The notes beneath the pieces are model-generated. The model was not told the DNA's origin, searched no databases, and saw only the letters and a program-made list of their open reading frames with translations. A stretch of DNA of 64,000 nucleotides from an uncultured Segetibacter sp. (GTDB lineage Bacteria > Bacteroidota > Bacteroidia > Chitinophagales > Chitinophagaceae): NCBI GenBank assembly GCA_964251885.1, contig CAXUMK010000001.1:22598-86597 (forward strand), in the 5' to 3' direction. Every line of letters starts with the position of its first letter. The stretch's first letter is position 1. Shown here one piece after another: positions 53,272-62,052 of this stretch. The position numbers were made by a program, and so were the translations under genes.

Positions 53272-53763
53272 ATGCCTGTAATTGAACATTTTCAGTGTCC
53301 GTTGCACCGCTATACCTTTTCAGTAAAACCCATCAGGTTTTGGGTTGAAGGCGTTTGTGAAGGCCGCGTGCTTAATCTTTTTGCTGGCCCTACTTCGCTT
53401 AATGTAGACGAAATCCGTAACGACCTGGATGGTTCCATGCCTGCAGATTTTCATGAAGATGCCCTAACCTTTTTGCGGAAATGGCAGGGCAGAAAATTTA
53501 ATACGATACTGTTAGACCCGCCTTATGCTTATCGTAAGAGCATGGAACTCTATAAAGGAATGGTTTGTAGCCCTTTTCGACAACTAAAGGAAGAAATCTT
53601 GCATTGCTTGAAGCCGGGTGGCCTTGTGATCACTTTTGGCTATCATTCTGTTGTCATGGGAAAAAACAGACAATTTAATTTGGAAAGGATTGCACTGTTT
53701 AGCCACGGCGGTGCAATCCATGACACGATTGCCACCGTCGAAAGATATAGCCCGAATATCTAA
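53272..53763 (+). CDS. Small orphan DNA methyltransferase (DPPY motif)
   Basis: VLNLFAGPTSL is an FxGxG-like AdoMet motif and ILLDPPYAYRKS is motif IV. 163 aa. No nuclease partner is adjacent. Confidence 0.7.
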   Translation: MPVIEHFQCPLHRYTFSVKPIRFWVEGVCEGRVLNLFAGPTSLNVDEIRNDLDGSMPADFHEDALTFLRKWQGRKFNTILLDPPYAYRKSMELYKGMVCSPFRQLKEEILHCLKPGGLVITFGYHSVVMGKNRQFNLERIALFSHGGAIHDTIATVERYSPNI

Positions 53764-53833
53764 ATGCATTTACAAGGTGTTTTAGGGGAGCGGCGAAACC
53801 CTCCTGACCTACCAATAAAAAACAAATCGTCTT

Positions 53834-55849
53834 ATGGAAGAAACACACGAGCAGCATAAGCTGCACGGCTTTATGCAATGCGGCGTTTACCTGTCAGTTG
53901 CATTGGAAGCCGCCATTTTTGTTTACAAGCAAGCCCCGTTCTGGGGCTTTTTTTATGGGCCGCTGGAAAAACTGGGCCATGTCATGGTTTACCAGCACTT
54001 GATCTACAGCAAGCTGGCAACACTCCTGCTGATCTGCCTGGTCAGCATCGGCACTTTAGCAAAAAAGAACCAGGAACTTGACCCCAAGAAACACGTTATT
54101 TACCCGCTTGCATTTGGACTATTGCTGTTTTTTGGAAGCCTTTTGCTATATGGCAGGGCATCGGCTTTCGTGTTTGCTTATACCACCTGGTTTAACTTCG
54201 GATATATACTATGTTCCTTGTTAGGTGCCGTAATAGTCAGTGTCTCTATGGACAATGTTTCTAAAATGCTGCACTCTGGTTTGGGCAAGGATATCTGGAA
54301 TGTAGAAGGTGAAAGCTTTATGCAGCCGGTCAAGCCATTAGTCACTCCATATTCGGTAAACATCCCAATGCAGTTCTATTTCAAGGGAAAAGTCCGTTCG
54401 GGCTGGATCAATATCGTCAACCCCTTTCGAGGGACAATTTTGATCGGGACACCGGGGTCAGGAAAGTCGTTCGGAATCATTAACCCCTATATCCGCCAAC
54501 TGATCGCCAAGGAATTTTGCTGTTGCATTTACGATTACAAGTTTCCCGATTTAGGCAAGATCGCTTATTACCACTACCTATTGGCTAAGCAACAGGGCAA
54601 ATGCCTCCACTATTCGTTTAACGTTATCAATTTAAATGACGTAGAGCGGAGCAGGCGGACCAATCCCTGGCGGGCGGACTACCTGCGGACCCTGGCCGAT
54701 GCTTCGGAAGGTGCTGAAGGCTTGGTGGAAGCTATGAAAAAAGGTGATAAATCAGGGGGGAGCGACCAGTTCTTTACCCAATCCGCGATCAACTTTTTAG
54801 CAGCCTGCATCTACTTTTTTAGCAAACATGAAGGCGGCACATACTCCAGCTTTCCTCACGTCCTATCTTTTTTGAACCATTCCTATGAGGATATTTTTAA
54901 TACGCTATTTTCCGAGCCGGAACTGGTATCGCTGTTATCACCCTTTAAGAGCGCTTATGTTACTAAAGCCTTTCCCCAGCTGGAAGGCCAGATCGGTACG
55001 TTGAAGATTTTTATTTCGCGGTTAGCTACGAAGGAAACTTTCTGGGTTTTCTCGGGTGATGATTTCAATTTGAAAATATCGGACAAGTCGGCGCCGGGCA
55101 TCGTGGTACTGGCGAACGACCCCAATACGCAGAATATCAATTCCGCCTGTTATTCGGTCGTCTTGAACCGGCTGACCAAGTTAATTAACAGTAAAGGCAA
55201 CCTGCCTTCGGCACTTATCATCGACGAGATCCCGACCATTTATACCTATAAAATCGAAAACTTACTGGCTGTCGCCCGAAGCAATAAAGTAGCGATTATT
55301 ATGGGCCTTCAGGAACTGCCGCAGTTCAATCAGCAGTATGGTAAAGATACGGCCGCGACCATCACTTCCGTGGTCGGTAATGTGCTGGCAGGTTCGGTAC
55401 GCAACAAAGAAACACTGGACTGGCTGGAACGGTTGTTCGGCAAGAACAAACAGATCGGCGAAAGCCTTTCCATCGACCGCAACAAAACCTCGATCTCCTT
55501 ACAGGAAAAGCTGGAACCCCTAATACCGGCAGGTAAAATGGCCGCACTCAATACCGGTGAAATGGTCGGGCTGATTGCGGCTGATGTACAGGAGGTTTAT
55601 ACAGGTAAGTTTGCAACATCGGCCATAAACTGTAAAGTTAACCTACCCGCTGCCGAACTCTCTGCCGAGGAAAAAGGTTACCGCGATCTACCCGTTTATT
55701 ATGATTTTGCCGGCCGCAAGGAAGAAATCCTACGCGAGAACTTTATGCGCATCAACAGTGAGATAGATGCCATCGTTGAAGGATTCCGCAAGCCGGTCCC
55801 GCAGGTCCAGGTGCTGCCTAAAGGCAGTATGAAAGCCAAAACCAATTAA
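53834..55849 (+). CDS. Type IV coupling protein (TraG/TraD/VirD4 family)
   Basis: N-terminal TM helices. Walker A ILIGTPGSGKSFGIINP and Walker B ALIIDEIPTIY. 671 aa. Confidence 0.88.
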   Translation: MEETHEQHKLHGFMQCGVYLSVALEAAIFVYKQAPFWGFFYGPLEKLGHVMVYQHLIYSKLATLLLICLVSIGTLAKKNQELDPKKHVIYPLAFGLLLFFGSLLLYGRASAFVFAYTTWFNFGYILCSLLGAVIVSVSMDNVSKMLHSGLGKDIWNVEGESFMQPVKPLVTPYSVNIPMQFYFKGKVRSGWINIVNPFRGTILIGTPGSGKSFGIINPYIRQLIAKEFCCCIYDYKFPDLGKIAYYHYLLAKQQGKCLHYSFNVINLNDVERSRRTNPWRADYLRTLADASEGAEGLVEAMKKGDKSGGSDQFFTQSAINFLAACIYFFSKHEGGTYSSFPHVLSFLNHSYEDIFNTLFSEPELVSLLSPFKSAYVTKAFPQLEGQIGTLKIFISRLATKETFWVFSGDDFNLKISDKSAPGIVVLANDPNTQNINSACYSVVLNRLTKLINSKGNLPSALIIDEIPTIYTYKIENLLAVARSNKVAIIMGLQELPQFNQQYGKDTAATITSVVGNVLAGSVRNKETLDWLERLFGKNKQIGESLSIDRNKTSISLQEKLEPLIPAGKMAALNTGEMVGLIAADVQEVYTGKFATSAINCKVNLPAAELSAEEKGYRDLPVYYDFAGRKEEILRENFMRINSEIDAIVEGFRKPVPQVQVLPKGSMKAKTN

Positions 55850-55909
55850 CCACTCCATTTAATCAAACATTTTCTCATGAATTAACAAGACGAATTAGCC
55901 GGCCTGTTT

Positions 55910-56290
55910 GTGCTGGTACACCCCAACCTGGTATTCGACCCGGCAGGTAAAAGAAACCAAATCGGTATCATATCCTCGGCAGAACTCGATAACGACAATG
56001 TCGTGGTCAGTTTCGGCAAAGATGGCCAGGCTTTATTTTCAGCGGATGCACTGCTTGTATTGAAAAAACCAAATGATATTCACTCTAATGCGGTAAGGGA
56101 TGCTACCCAAATGGAGGTAAAAGATTTTAAGCAGACATTGGAAGTTAGCTTACTGGCCAGTTCACCGCTTATGAAAGACAGGCGGCGGGCAGTAGAACTT
56201 TCAAGGGACAACTCAAACGTACAGCAATATAGTATGGCTTCCCTCGAAGATGAATTGGGCATACGCCAGGATCACAGTATGAGCCGATAA
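55910..56290 (+). CDS. Hypothetical protein (GTG start)
   Basis: 126-aa ORF co-directional with its neighbours. I recognise no motif. Confidence 0.4.
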   Translation: MLVHPNLVFDPAGKRNQIGIISSAELDNDNVVVSFGKDGQALFSADALLVLKKPNDIHSNAVRDATQMEVKDFKQTLEVSLLASSPLMKDRRRAVELSRDNSNVQQYSMASLEDELGIRQDHSMSR

Positions 56291-56297
56291 GAACCAA

Positions 56298-58031
56298 ATG
56301 GGTTTAACTACAAGAGATGGATCTATAAATAGATTCGTGCTACTGTGCATTTTTTGCCTGCCTTTGCAGCATTTAGAACTTACATCCGGATACGGTTACC
56401 GGTTGCACCCCACAACCGGAAAATATGCTTTTCATTCCGGGATAGACCTGCGCGCTAGGCATGATACCGTTTTTGCAGTCCTGTCCGGCCGTTTGGCTTC
56501 TGTAGGTTATGATGCCTTGACAGGCGTTCACATACGCCTAACCAGCGGCGAGTTCACTTTTCTTTATGGCCACCTTTCACAAGTCTTTGTGCTGCCAGAC
56601 GATTCAGTTAGGGCAGGCACCCCACTGGGCATAACGGGCGCCACCGGGCGTGTTACAGGTGAACATTTACATTTTGGTATCACCTACGACGGTTTACCCC
56701 TCAACCCACTGCTATTCTTACACCGCTTATTAAATAAAGTTAAACAAATCAAACAAGGAGAAAAATCAATGAACACACCTTTTAAACCACTGTCCGAACA
56801 GATTGCAGGAAAGATGATCGCGGACCTAAAAGCCGGAACCTCCATTTTTCAACGGCCCAACAACAGTATGAACTCGGCCCTGCCATTCAACATCGAGAGC
56901 GGTCGCCGCTATGCCGGGCCTTCCGCATTGGTATTAATCATGCAAAAGCGGGACGACCCACGATGGGCCACTTCTAACCAGGCAAACCGCAACCATACCG
57001 CTGTGGTGAAAGGCGCGACCGGTACGCTGATCAACTTTATGTCCAGCTATGAATATCAGAAGGTAGTTGACGAAAAAGGTGAGCCGGTATTAAAAGACAA
57101 CGGTAAACAAAGAACCGAACGCGTGAAACTGAATGAGCCAAAGCAGGTGGATGCCTGGCTGTTCAACGGCGAACAGCTACGCAAGCTGCCCAAATGGGAA
57201 AAGGAACCGATGGACTTATCTCCTGCCGAACGGGCACAGGTTATCCTGGACAACAGCAAAGCCGTGGTTGAGCATGGCGGCGACGATATGTTTTACGATA
57301 CCCGCTCGGACACCATCGTACTGCCCGAAATGGAACAGTTTAAAGACCCGGAACAGTATTTTGCCGAGGCGCTGCACCAGCTCGCGCATCGGATATCAGC
57401 TGAAGACCGCTTGAACCGTCCATTGAACGTGGCTACCGATCCCGTTGCAACGATCCGCGAAGAATTACGTACCAATTTGGCTTCACTGTTTTTAAGCAAG
57501 GAACTGAACTTGCCTTACGAACTTAATGACCATGTAGGGTATGTGAACAGTTGGGCGCAAATCCTGAAAGAAGAACCCGCTGAGCTTTTTAAAGCCGCAT
57601 CGGATGCCCAAAAGATTGTTGACCACATTATGGCCTTTGAACAACGGGTTGAAGAAAAACAGGAAATTGCTGAAATAAAAGAATTGCCGGAAGGTATAGG
57701 GCAATCCGGGGACATTGTCGATAACGTGCAAGACATCCCTATAATTAATCCGGAGAGGCTCAAAAAAGGCGAGGTCATCCCACATAATGGCACGGAGTTC
57801 AAGGTATTGGCCGAACTCAAAAACAATGTTTACAACATGCAGGACCTGTCTGATAAGCGTAAGTTTAAAATGGGTTCAAATTCAGGGTTATTTGCTTCCC
57901 TGATCGAAGCACGCAATAGCTCTCAGGAGATCAGCACGGGTATGGTAGCAGATCAGGAAGTGCATGAAGCCGAAGAAGCAGGTATGGAACAAGACAACGA
58001 AGTGGATAACGCCTATCAAATGCAGCGATAA
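56298..58031 (+). CDS. M23 peptidase domain fused to an ArdC-like (ssDNA-binding N-domain + degenerate zincin) antirestriction-type protein
   Basis: M23 motifs are TSGYGYRLHPTTGKYAFHSGIDL (HxxxD) and GEHLHFG (HxH). The ArdC-N-like part is SEQIAGKMIADLKAGTSIFQRP..SGRRYAGPSALVL..DPRWATSNQA..VVKGATGT. The metallopeptidase-like part is FYDTRSDTIVLPE..YFAEALHQLAHRISAEDRLNRP, with HQLAH at 57375-57389 where the family has HExxH. Confidence 0.75.
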   Translation: MGLTTRDGSINRFVLLCIFCLPLQHLELTSGYGYRLHPTTGKYAFHSGIDLRARHDTVFAVLSGRLASVGYDALTGVHIRLTSGEFTFLYGHLSQVFVLPDDSVRAGTPLGITGATGRVTGEHLHFGITYDGLPLNPLLFLHRLLNKVKQIKQGEKSMNTPFKPLSEQIAGKMIADLKAGTSIFQRPNNSMNSALPFNIESGRRYAGPSALVLIMQKRDDPRWATSNQANRNHTAVVKGATGTLINFMSSYEYQKVVDEKGEPVLKDNGKQRTERVKLNEPKQVDAWLFNGEQLRKLPKWEKEPMDLSPAERAQVILDNSKAVVEHGGDDMFYDTRSDTIVLPEMEQFKDPEQYFAEALHQLAHRISAEDRLNRPLNVATDPVATIREELRTNLASLFLSKELNLPYELNDHVGYVNSWAQILKEEPAELFKAASDAQKIVDHIMAFEQRVEEKQEIAEIKELPEGIGQSGDIVDNVQDIPIINPERLKKGEVIPHNGTEFKVLAELKNNVYNMQDLSDKRKFKMGSNSGLFASLIEARNSSQEISTGMVADQEVHEAEEAGMEQDNEVDNAYQMQR

Positions 58032-58033
58032 TC

Positions 58034-58816
58034 ATGATCAAACAAATTTATAAGGAACAGCTGCTGCCTATGGCAGACCTGGAACGCATTGGCCTGGCGA
58101 AAAATGGCCGCTTAAGTTTAGACGAAGATGACCTGCGCGCTCTGCTTTGCGGCAGGCGCACAGATATGCTGCGGCTGGAAAACTTGCAGGCGGACGGTAT
58201 CCATATCCCTGTGCTGGATGCCAAGTTGTCTCTGCGCCCAAATACTGAAGGCGCCTTGGAACTATTGGTGCATCCTATTTACAAGGAGATTGAACCGCCC
58301 TATTACCTGACGGCCGAGGAAGCGGAAAAATTAGAAAAAGGCGGTGCAGTTAATATCGATAAGGTCATCGTTGACAATGAGGGCAAGACTAAAGAGGTCC
58401 TGATCGAATTTGACAGGGAGACCAACGAATTCATTATTACGGACACTGAACAGATTTTAGCACCAGAAGAGATTAACGGGCTACCATTGACACTTGAACA
58501 GAAGGAGCGTTACCGGAAAGGAAAGGAAGTGGAAATTGACGATGGTACGGTTGTGCAATATGCTGCCACTGAAAAGCAGGGCATCCGTTCCGATAGGCTG
58601 GCTTTACTTGCTTCGGTTTTGATCGATGGCGGCGTTTCTTACTTATTATTTAGGGGCCTTAATGCTTTGTTTAACAAGACTCAGGAAAAAGAGCCTGGTG
58701 CCAACTATCACAAAGCTTTGTTGGACAAGGCTCAGATGGAAATTGAGGAACGTGGTAAAAATAACCGTGCAGGCAACGATTCAGATGACGAATACACCGA
58801 AACAATCAGCCGCTGA
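58034..58816 (+). CDS. DUF4099-like conjugative-transposon protein
   Basis: The N-terminus LPMADLERIGLAKNGRLSLDEDDLRALLCGRRTDMLRLENLQADGIHIPVLDAKLSLRPNTEGALELLVHPIYKE resembles the Bacteroides CTn domain of unknown function that I recall as DUF4099. Confidence 0.5.
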   Translation: MIKQIYKEQLLPMADLERIGLAKNGRLSLDEDDLRALLCGRRTDMLRLENLQADGIHIPVLDAKLSLRPNTEGALELLVHPIYKEIEPPYYLTAEEAEKLEKGGAVNIDKVIVDNEGKTKEVLIEFDRETNEFIITDTEQILAPEEINGLPLTLEQKERYRKGKEVEIDDGTVVQYAATEKQGIRSDRLALLASVLIDGGVSYLLFRGLNALFNKTQEKEPGANYHKALLDKAQMEIEERGKNNRAGNDSDDEYTETISR

Positions 58817-59448
58817 TGCACCCCTATTTAACGCGATTAGGGGTAAGTGAACCGGTGCAGCAATTCTTTGAACCTTTCTATACGTCCGATGAGAGCGGTA
58901 ACCTTTGTTTTTGGTATGGGGCGGATATGGAGCATTTCGGCTTTGGCTTTCACCGCGTGCCGGTACCCGCTGACCTATGGTTGGCGGGTAACCTGCATTT
59001 CTCACAGGTCAGGATGGTCGTTATTTCCAGCTCCGCACTTGACGCGGTTTCCTGGCTGAAAAAGAAAGCTAAATCCTTGTCCCATACCGAGAACCTACTG
59101 TTTATTTCTACCGGAGCGGGTTTAAAATCTGGACACATTAGCTTTATCCGAAAACAGTTTTATGGAAAAGCGTTTTGCTTGATCTATGGGAATGACATTT
59201 TAAGCAGGTTGACCTGTTTAAAGTTAACGGCGGGCCTGTGCCGTTTGCCGTTGGAGGTCTATTCCAATAGCCCGGGACAGGTCTCCGTTATATTCCGCTC
59301 ACAAACTTTTTCCTTCAGCCAGGAAACGTTTAGCCTGCATGCTTTTGAAAAAGTTGCAAAATTCCGTTTTGGTATCCGTTGCGAGCAGCCAAAAGGTTAT
59401 CTGACATTTTTTGACGAATTAAAGGCGGATGCCTTACTTAACATTTAA
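58816..59448 (+). CDS. Hypothetical protein with a degenerate toprim-like fold
   Basis: VVISSSALDAVSWL and CLIYGNDILSR parallel the primase motifs LAVFEGYFNYLSWL and ALYFDNDPSGR. The acidic Glu and the first Asp are replaced. Confidence 0.45.
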   Translation: MHPYLTRLGVSEPVQQFFEPFYTSDESGNLCFWYGADMEHFGFGFHRVPVPADLWLAGNLHFSQVRMVVISSSALDAVSWLKKKAKSLSHTENLLFISTGAGLKSGHISFIRKQFYGKAFCLIYGNDILSRLTCLKLTAGLCRLPLEVYSNSPGQVSVIFRSQTFSFSQETFSLHAFEKVAKFRFGIRCEQPKGYLTFFDELKADALLNI

Positions 59449-59457
59449 ACTAATTTT

Positions 59458-59916
59458 ATGAAACTTCCTGAAACCATTCAATTGAGGCCTGCGGGCATTT
59501 TTGCTTTTATTAAGATAATCCCAATAATCCTGCTTAGCCTTGGTTTTTTACTTTTGGCCTGGCGCGTTTTTCCAATGCTGATTTGGCCAGGCCTGATTGG
59601 CACCTTGCTGGCCTTTTACCGCTTTGCCTATATCCGCAATATCCGTTATCAGGTTAGCCCAGGAATTGTCCGGGTTAGCCGCGGGCTATTATTTAAACGG
59701 ATAGACCAGGTCGAATTATTCAGGGTCAAGGATTATGTCTTAACGCAGCCTCTTTTATTGCAGCTATTCCGGCTAATGGATTTGGAACTAAAAAGTACCG
59801 ACCCAGTAAACCCCATCTTATGGTTACGGGGAATCCCCTATTCCAACCTTGTTGATACCATCCGTTCGCATGTTCAGGAGGCACGGCAGTATAACGGGGT
59901 TTACGAAATCAATTAA
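59458..59916 (+). CDS. Membrane protein with bacterial PH (bPH_2/YdbT-like) domain
   Basis: Two N-terminal TM helices followed by RYQVSPGIVRVSRGLLFKRIDQVELFRVKDYVLTQPLLLQLFRLMDLELKS. Confidence 0.6.
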   Translation: MKLPETIQLRPAGIFAFIKIIPIILLSLGFLLLAWRVFPMLIWPGLIGTLLAFYRFAYIRNIRYQVSPGIVRVSRGLLFKRIDQVELFRVKDYVLTQPLLLQLFRLMDLELKSTDPVNPILWLRGIPYSNLVDTIRSHVQEARQYNGVYEIN

Positions 59917-59970
59917 ACTTTTTTTCGTCGAACCCTTTATAAAAACTAATTTATTTAGTATATTTAATCT

Positions 59971-60186
59971 ATGAAAACATTCGTATATCTGGCTTTTACG
60001 TGTTTTATTTCTACAGGTGCCATGATGGGGGCGCTGTATTCTAAAACACCAATGATCTTGTATGCAGTTGGTTTCGGGGTTTGGGCGCTGTTCCTCTGGG
60101 GCATATCACGCCGGATGAAAAAGGATTCAGAACGCCGTTACCATGAACGCCAGTTTAGGGATTTTATGCGCGCTAACCGTCGTTAG
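59971..60186 (+). CDS. Small two-TM membrane protein
   Basis: 71 aa with two hydrophobic helices and a basic tail (RRMKKDSERRYHERQFRDFMRANRR). Confidence 0.45.
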   Translation: MKTFVYLAFTCFISTGAMMGALYSKTPMILYAVGFGVWALFLWGISRRMKKDSERRYHERQFRDFMRANRR

Positions 60187-60394
60187 CATTGTTAATAATA
60201 TTGAATTGTTACGTTGCCATTTATGAATTGTGACCAGCCATTACGCTAATCCCGTATGCTACTCTCCTAATCTTCCATCTGTTGTTATTGATGAGCCCGA
60301 ATTATAGGCTTTACTAAATGCAGCGACAGAAACTAACATTATTGGGCAAGTATATGTTGTGCCTATTACGGAGGATACCCACAAATCTTCCTAT

Positions 60395-61407
60395 TAACCT
60401 GAGTTCGATTAATAAATTGGAATAGAAATTTGCCAATCAGGGGAAATGTAAGTATATTTAAGTATCTGACATTCAAATATTTAAATACACTTCCAATGAT
60501 TGACTTCAATAAAATTAGCGATATTTTTTGTCTTATTGACGAGTTTTGTAAAGATTTTGACAACACTACCAAAGGTTTCATCTTTGGGAAGCCTTCCAAA
60601 CGTCCTGCAGTTATGTCCAAAAGCGAGGTAATCTCTATCTGTATGCTTTTTCATTTAAGCGGTTTCCGGTGCTTTAAGCACTTCTATATGTTCTATGTCC
60701 AGAGGCATATGCAAGCTGAATTTCCCAGGACGGCGTCCTATAACCGTTTTGTCGAACTTAGCCAAGGCGTGCCCATGCCAATGGCCATCTTTTTGAAAAC
60801 CTGTTGTCTGGGGACCTGTTCAGGCATTTCCTTTGTTGACTCCACACCGATCAGGGCCTGCCACAACAAACGGATCAAAAGGGACAAAGTGTTTAAAGGC
60901 ATAGCAGAAGTAGGCAAGTCCACCATGGGCTGGTTTTATGGTTTTAAACTGCACATCGTAATTAATGACAAAGGCGAAATCCTAAACTTTGCCATTACAC
61001 AGCCCAATGTAGACGACAGGGAACCGCTTAAGAACGAAGGCTTTCTGAAAGCCGTGTTTGGAAAACTGTTTGCCGATAAAGGATATATCTCAGAAAAACT
61101 GACCAACATACTATTTGTGAACGATATACAACTGATCACCAGTATCCGCAACAACATGAAGAACAGCTTGATGACAATGAACGACAAAATCATGCTACGT
61201 AAAAGATCTGTCATAGAAACTGTTAACGATGAACTTAAAAACATCTGTCAGGTTGAACATTCCAGGCACAGGTCTTTTACTAATTTCACCGCAAACCTCG
61301 TTGCCGAGTTGGTTGCCTATTCATTCCTCCCTAAAAAACCTTCAATCTCCTATCAAACTATCCATTCTAATCAAATTATAGCCTTTTGATTAATCGAACT
61401 CAGGTTA
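60395..61407 (+). mobile_element. Second, different IS982-family insertion sequence
   Basis: 19-bp perfect inverted repeats: taacctgagttcgattaat (60395-60413) and attaatcgaactcaggtta (61389-61407). Alternative reading: 17-bp inverted repeats (60397-61405) flanked by a 5-bp duplication tatta (60392-60396 and 61406-61410). Confidence 0.8.
60496..61389 (+). CDS. IS982-family DDE transposase
   Basis: FVDSTPIRAC, WFYGFKLH and LFADKGY correspond to IVDSMPLEVC, YYGYKLH and LLGDKGY of the first copy. Start at MIDFNKISD; the ORF-track TTG start at 60430 lies inside the inverted-repeat-proximal leader. Confidence 0.82.
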   Translation: MIDFNKISDIFCLIDEFCKDFDNTTKGFIFGKPSKRPAVMSKSEVISICMLFHLSGFRCFKHFYMFYVQRHMQAEFPRTASYNRFVELSQGVPMPMAIFLKTCCLGTCSGISFVDSTPIRACHNKRIKRDKVFKGIAEVGKSTMGWFYGFKLHIVINDKGEILNFAITQPNVDDREPLKNEGFLKAVFGKLFADKGYISEKLTNILFVNDIQLITSIRNNMKNSLMTMNDKIMLRKRSVIETVNDELKNICQVEHSRHRSFTNFTANLVAELVAYSFLPKKPSISYQTIHSNQIIAF

Positions 61408-62052
61408 TTAATGAGATTGAAAAAGGTCTTAGTCGATTTCATGCGTGATCGCTTTTAGCTGTTGTTAAGATGCACTTTTACATGACACTCGGAATTCGTT
61501 TTATTTAACTATTTTAATTAATTAAATCTTGAAATTTCATTTGATCCTCAGTTTTAATCTTTAGATTTTCACTCCAACCATTAGTATATAGCATAAAATT
61601 TCTAATTCTCGTTCTTCCAATTCCTAATGATTGTTGAAAATAAGGGTCAGAAAAGTTTATATTTTTCAAAGGACTAATTCACGCGATAACCTCTTTGCTG
61701 AGGTTGAAAGTTTGGACGATGATGAATAACTAGTGAACTTATCAGTACTATACTTAAACCAAAATTATTAACAAAACCGTCCTTGTGATGAGGAAGTGGC
61801 TTTTTTTAGTTCCATTATTTCTGAGCAAAGGCAACGCTCTTCACTCTCCTACAAAGGTAGCCGCGCAGCAAAAAAGTCAAGGCTGCAGCAAGCGGGCAGA
61901 TGTTATTTGCTATTTTAATTTGGCTTCCCACCTATGGCAGGTTTACCGCTAACAGCAGGTCTGTTATTTACGCCTAGCGATGATAATGTCTGTTCGGTTA
62001 TACAAGCAAATTCCGTCCTGTAGGATTTTAGCTGCAGCTGATTATTCTGTTT

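Larger units (their letters stand above)
29958..60186. mobile_element. CTnDOT-like integrative conjugative element (conjugative transposon); ends not defined, no integrase in window
   Basis: A contiguous + strand block runs rteC, primase, MobC-like, relaxase, ParA, traE/F/G/I-like/J/K/L/M/N homologues, coupling protein and ArdC-like. The left limit is set at the first rteC copy and the right limit at the last gene before IS982. Neither limit is proven. Confidence 0.75.

Noticed and set aside
61408-62052. Possible small genes or a tRNA in the 650-bp gap after the second IS982
   Set aside because: Only short frames are present, the best being a startless remnant of about 52 aa on the minus strand. 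No cloverleaf-compatible sequence was found. I treat it as gene debris.
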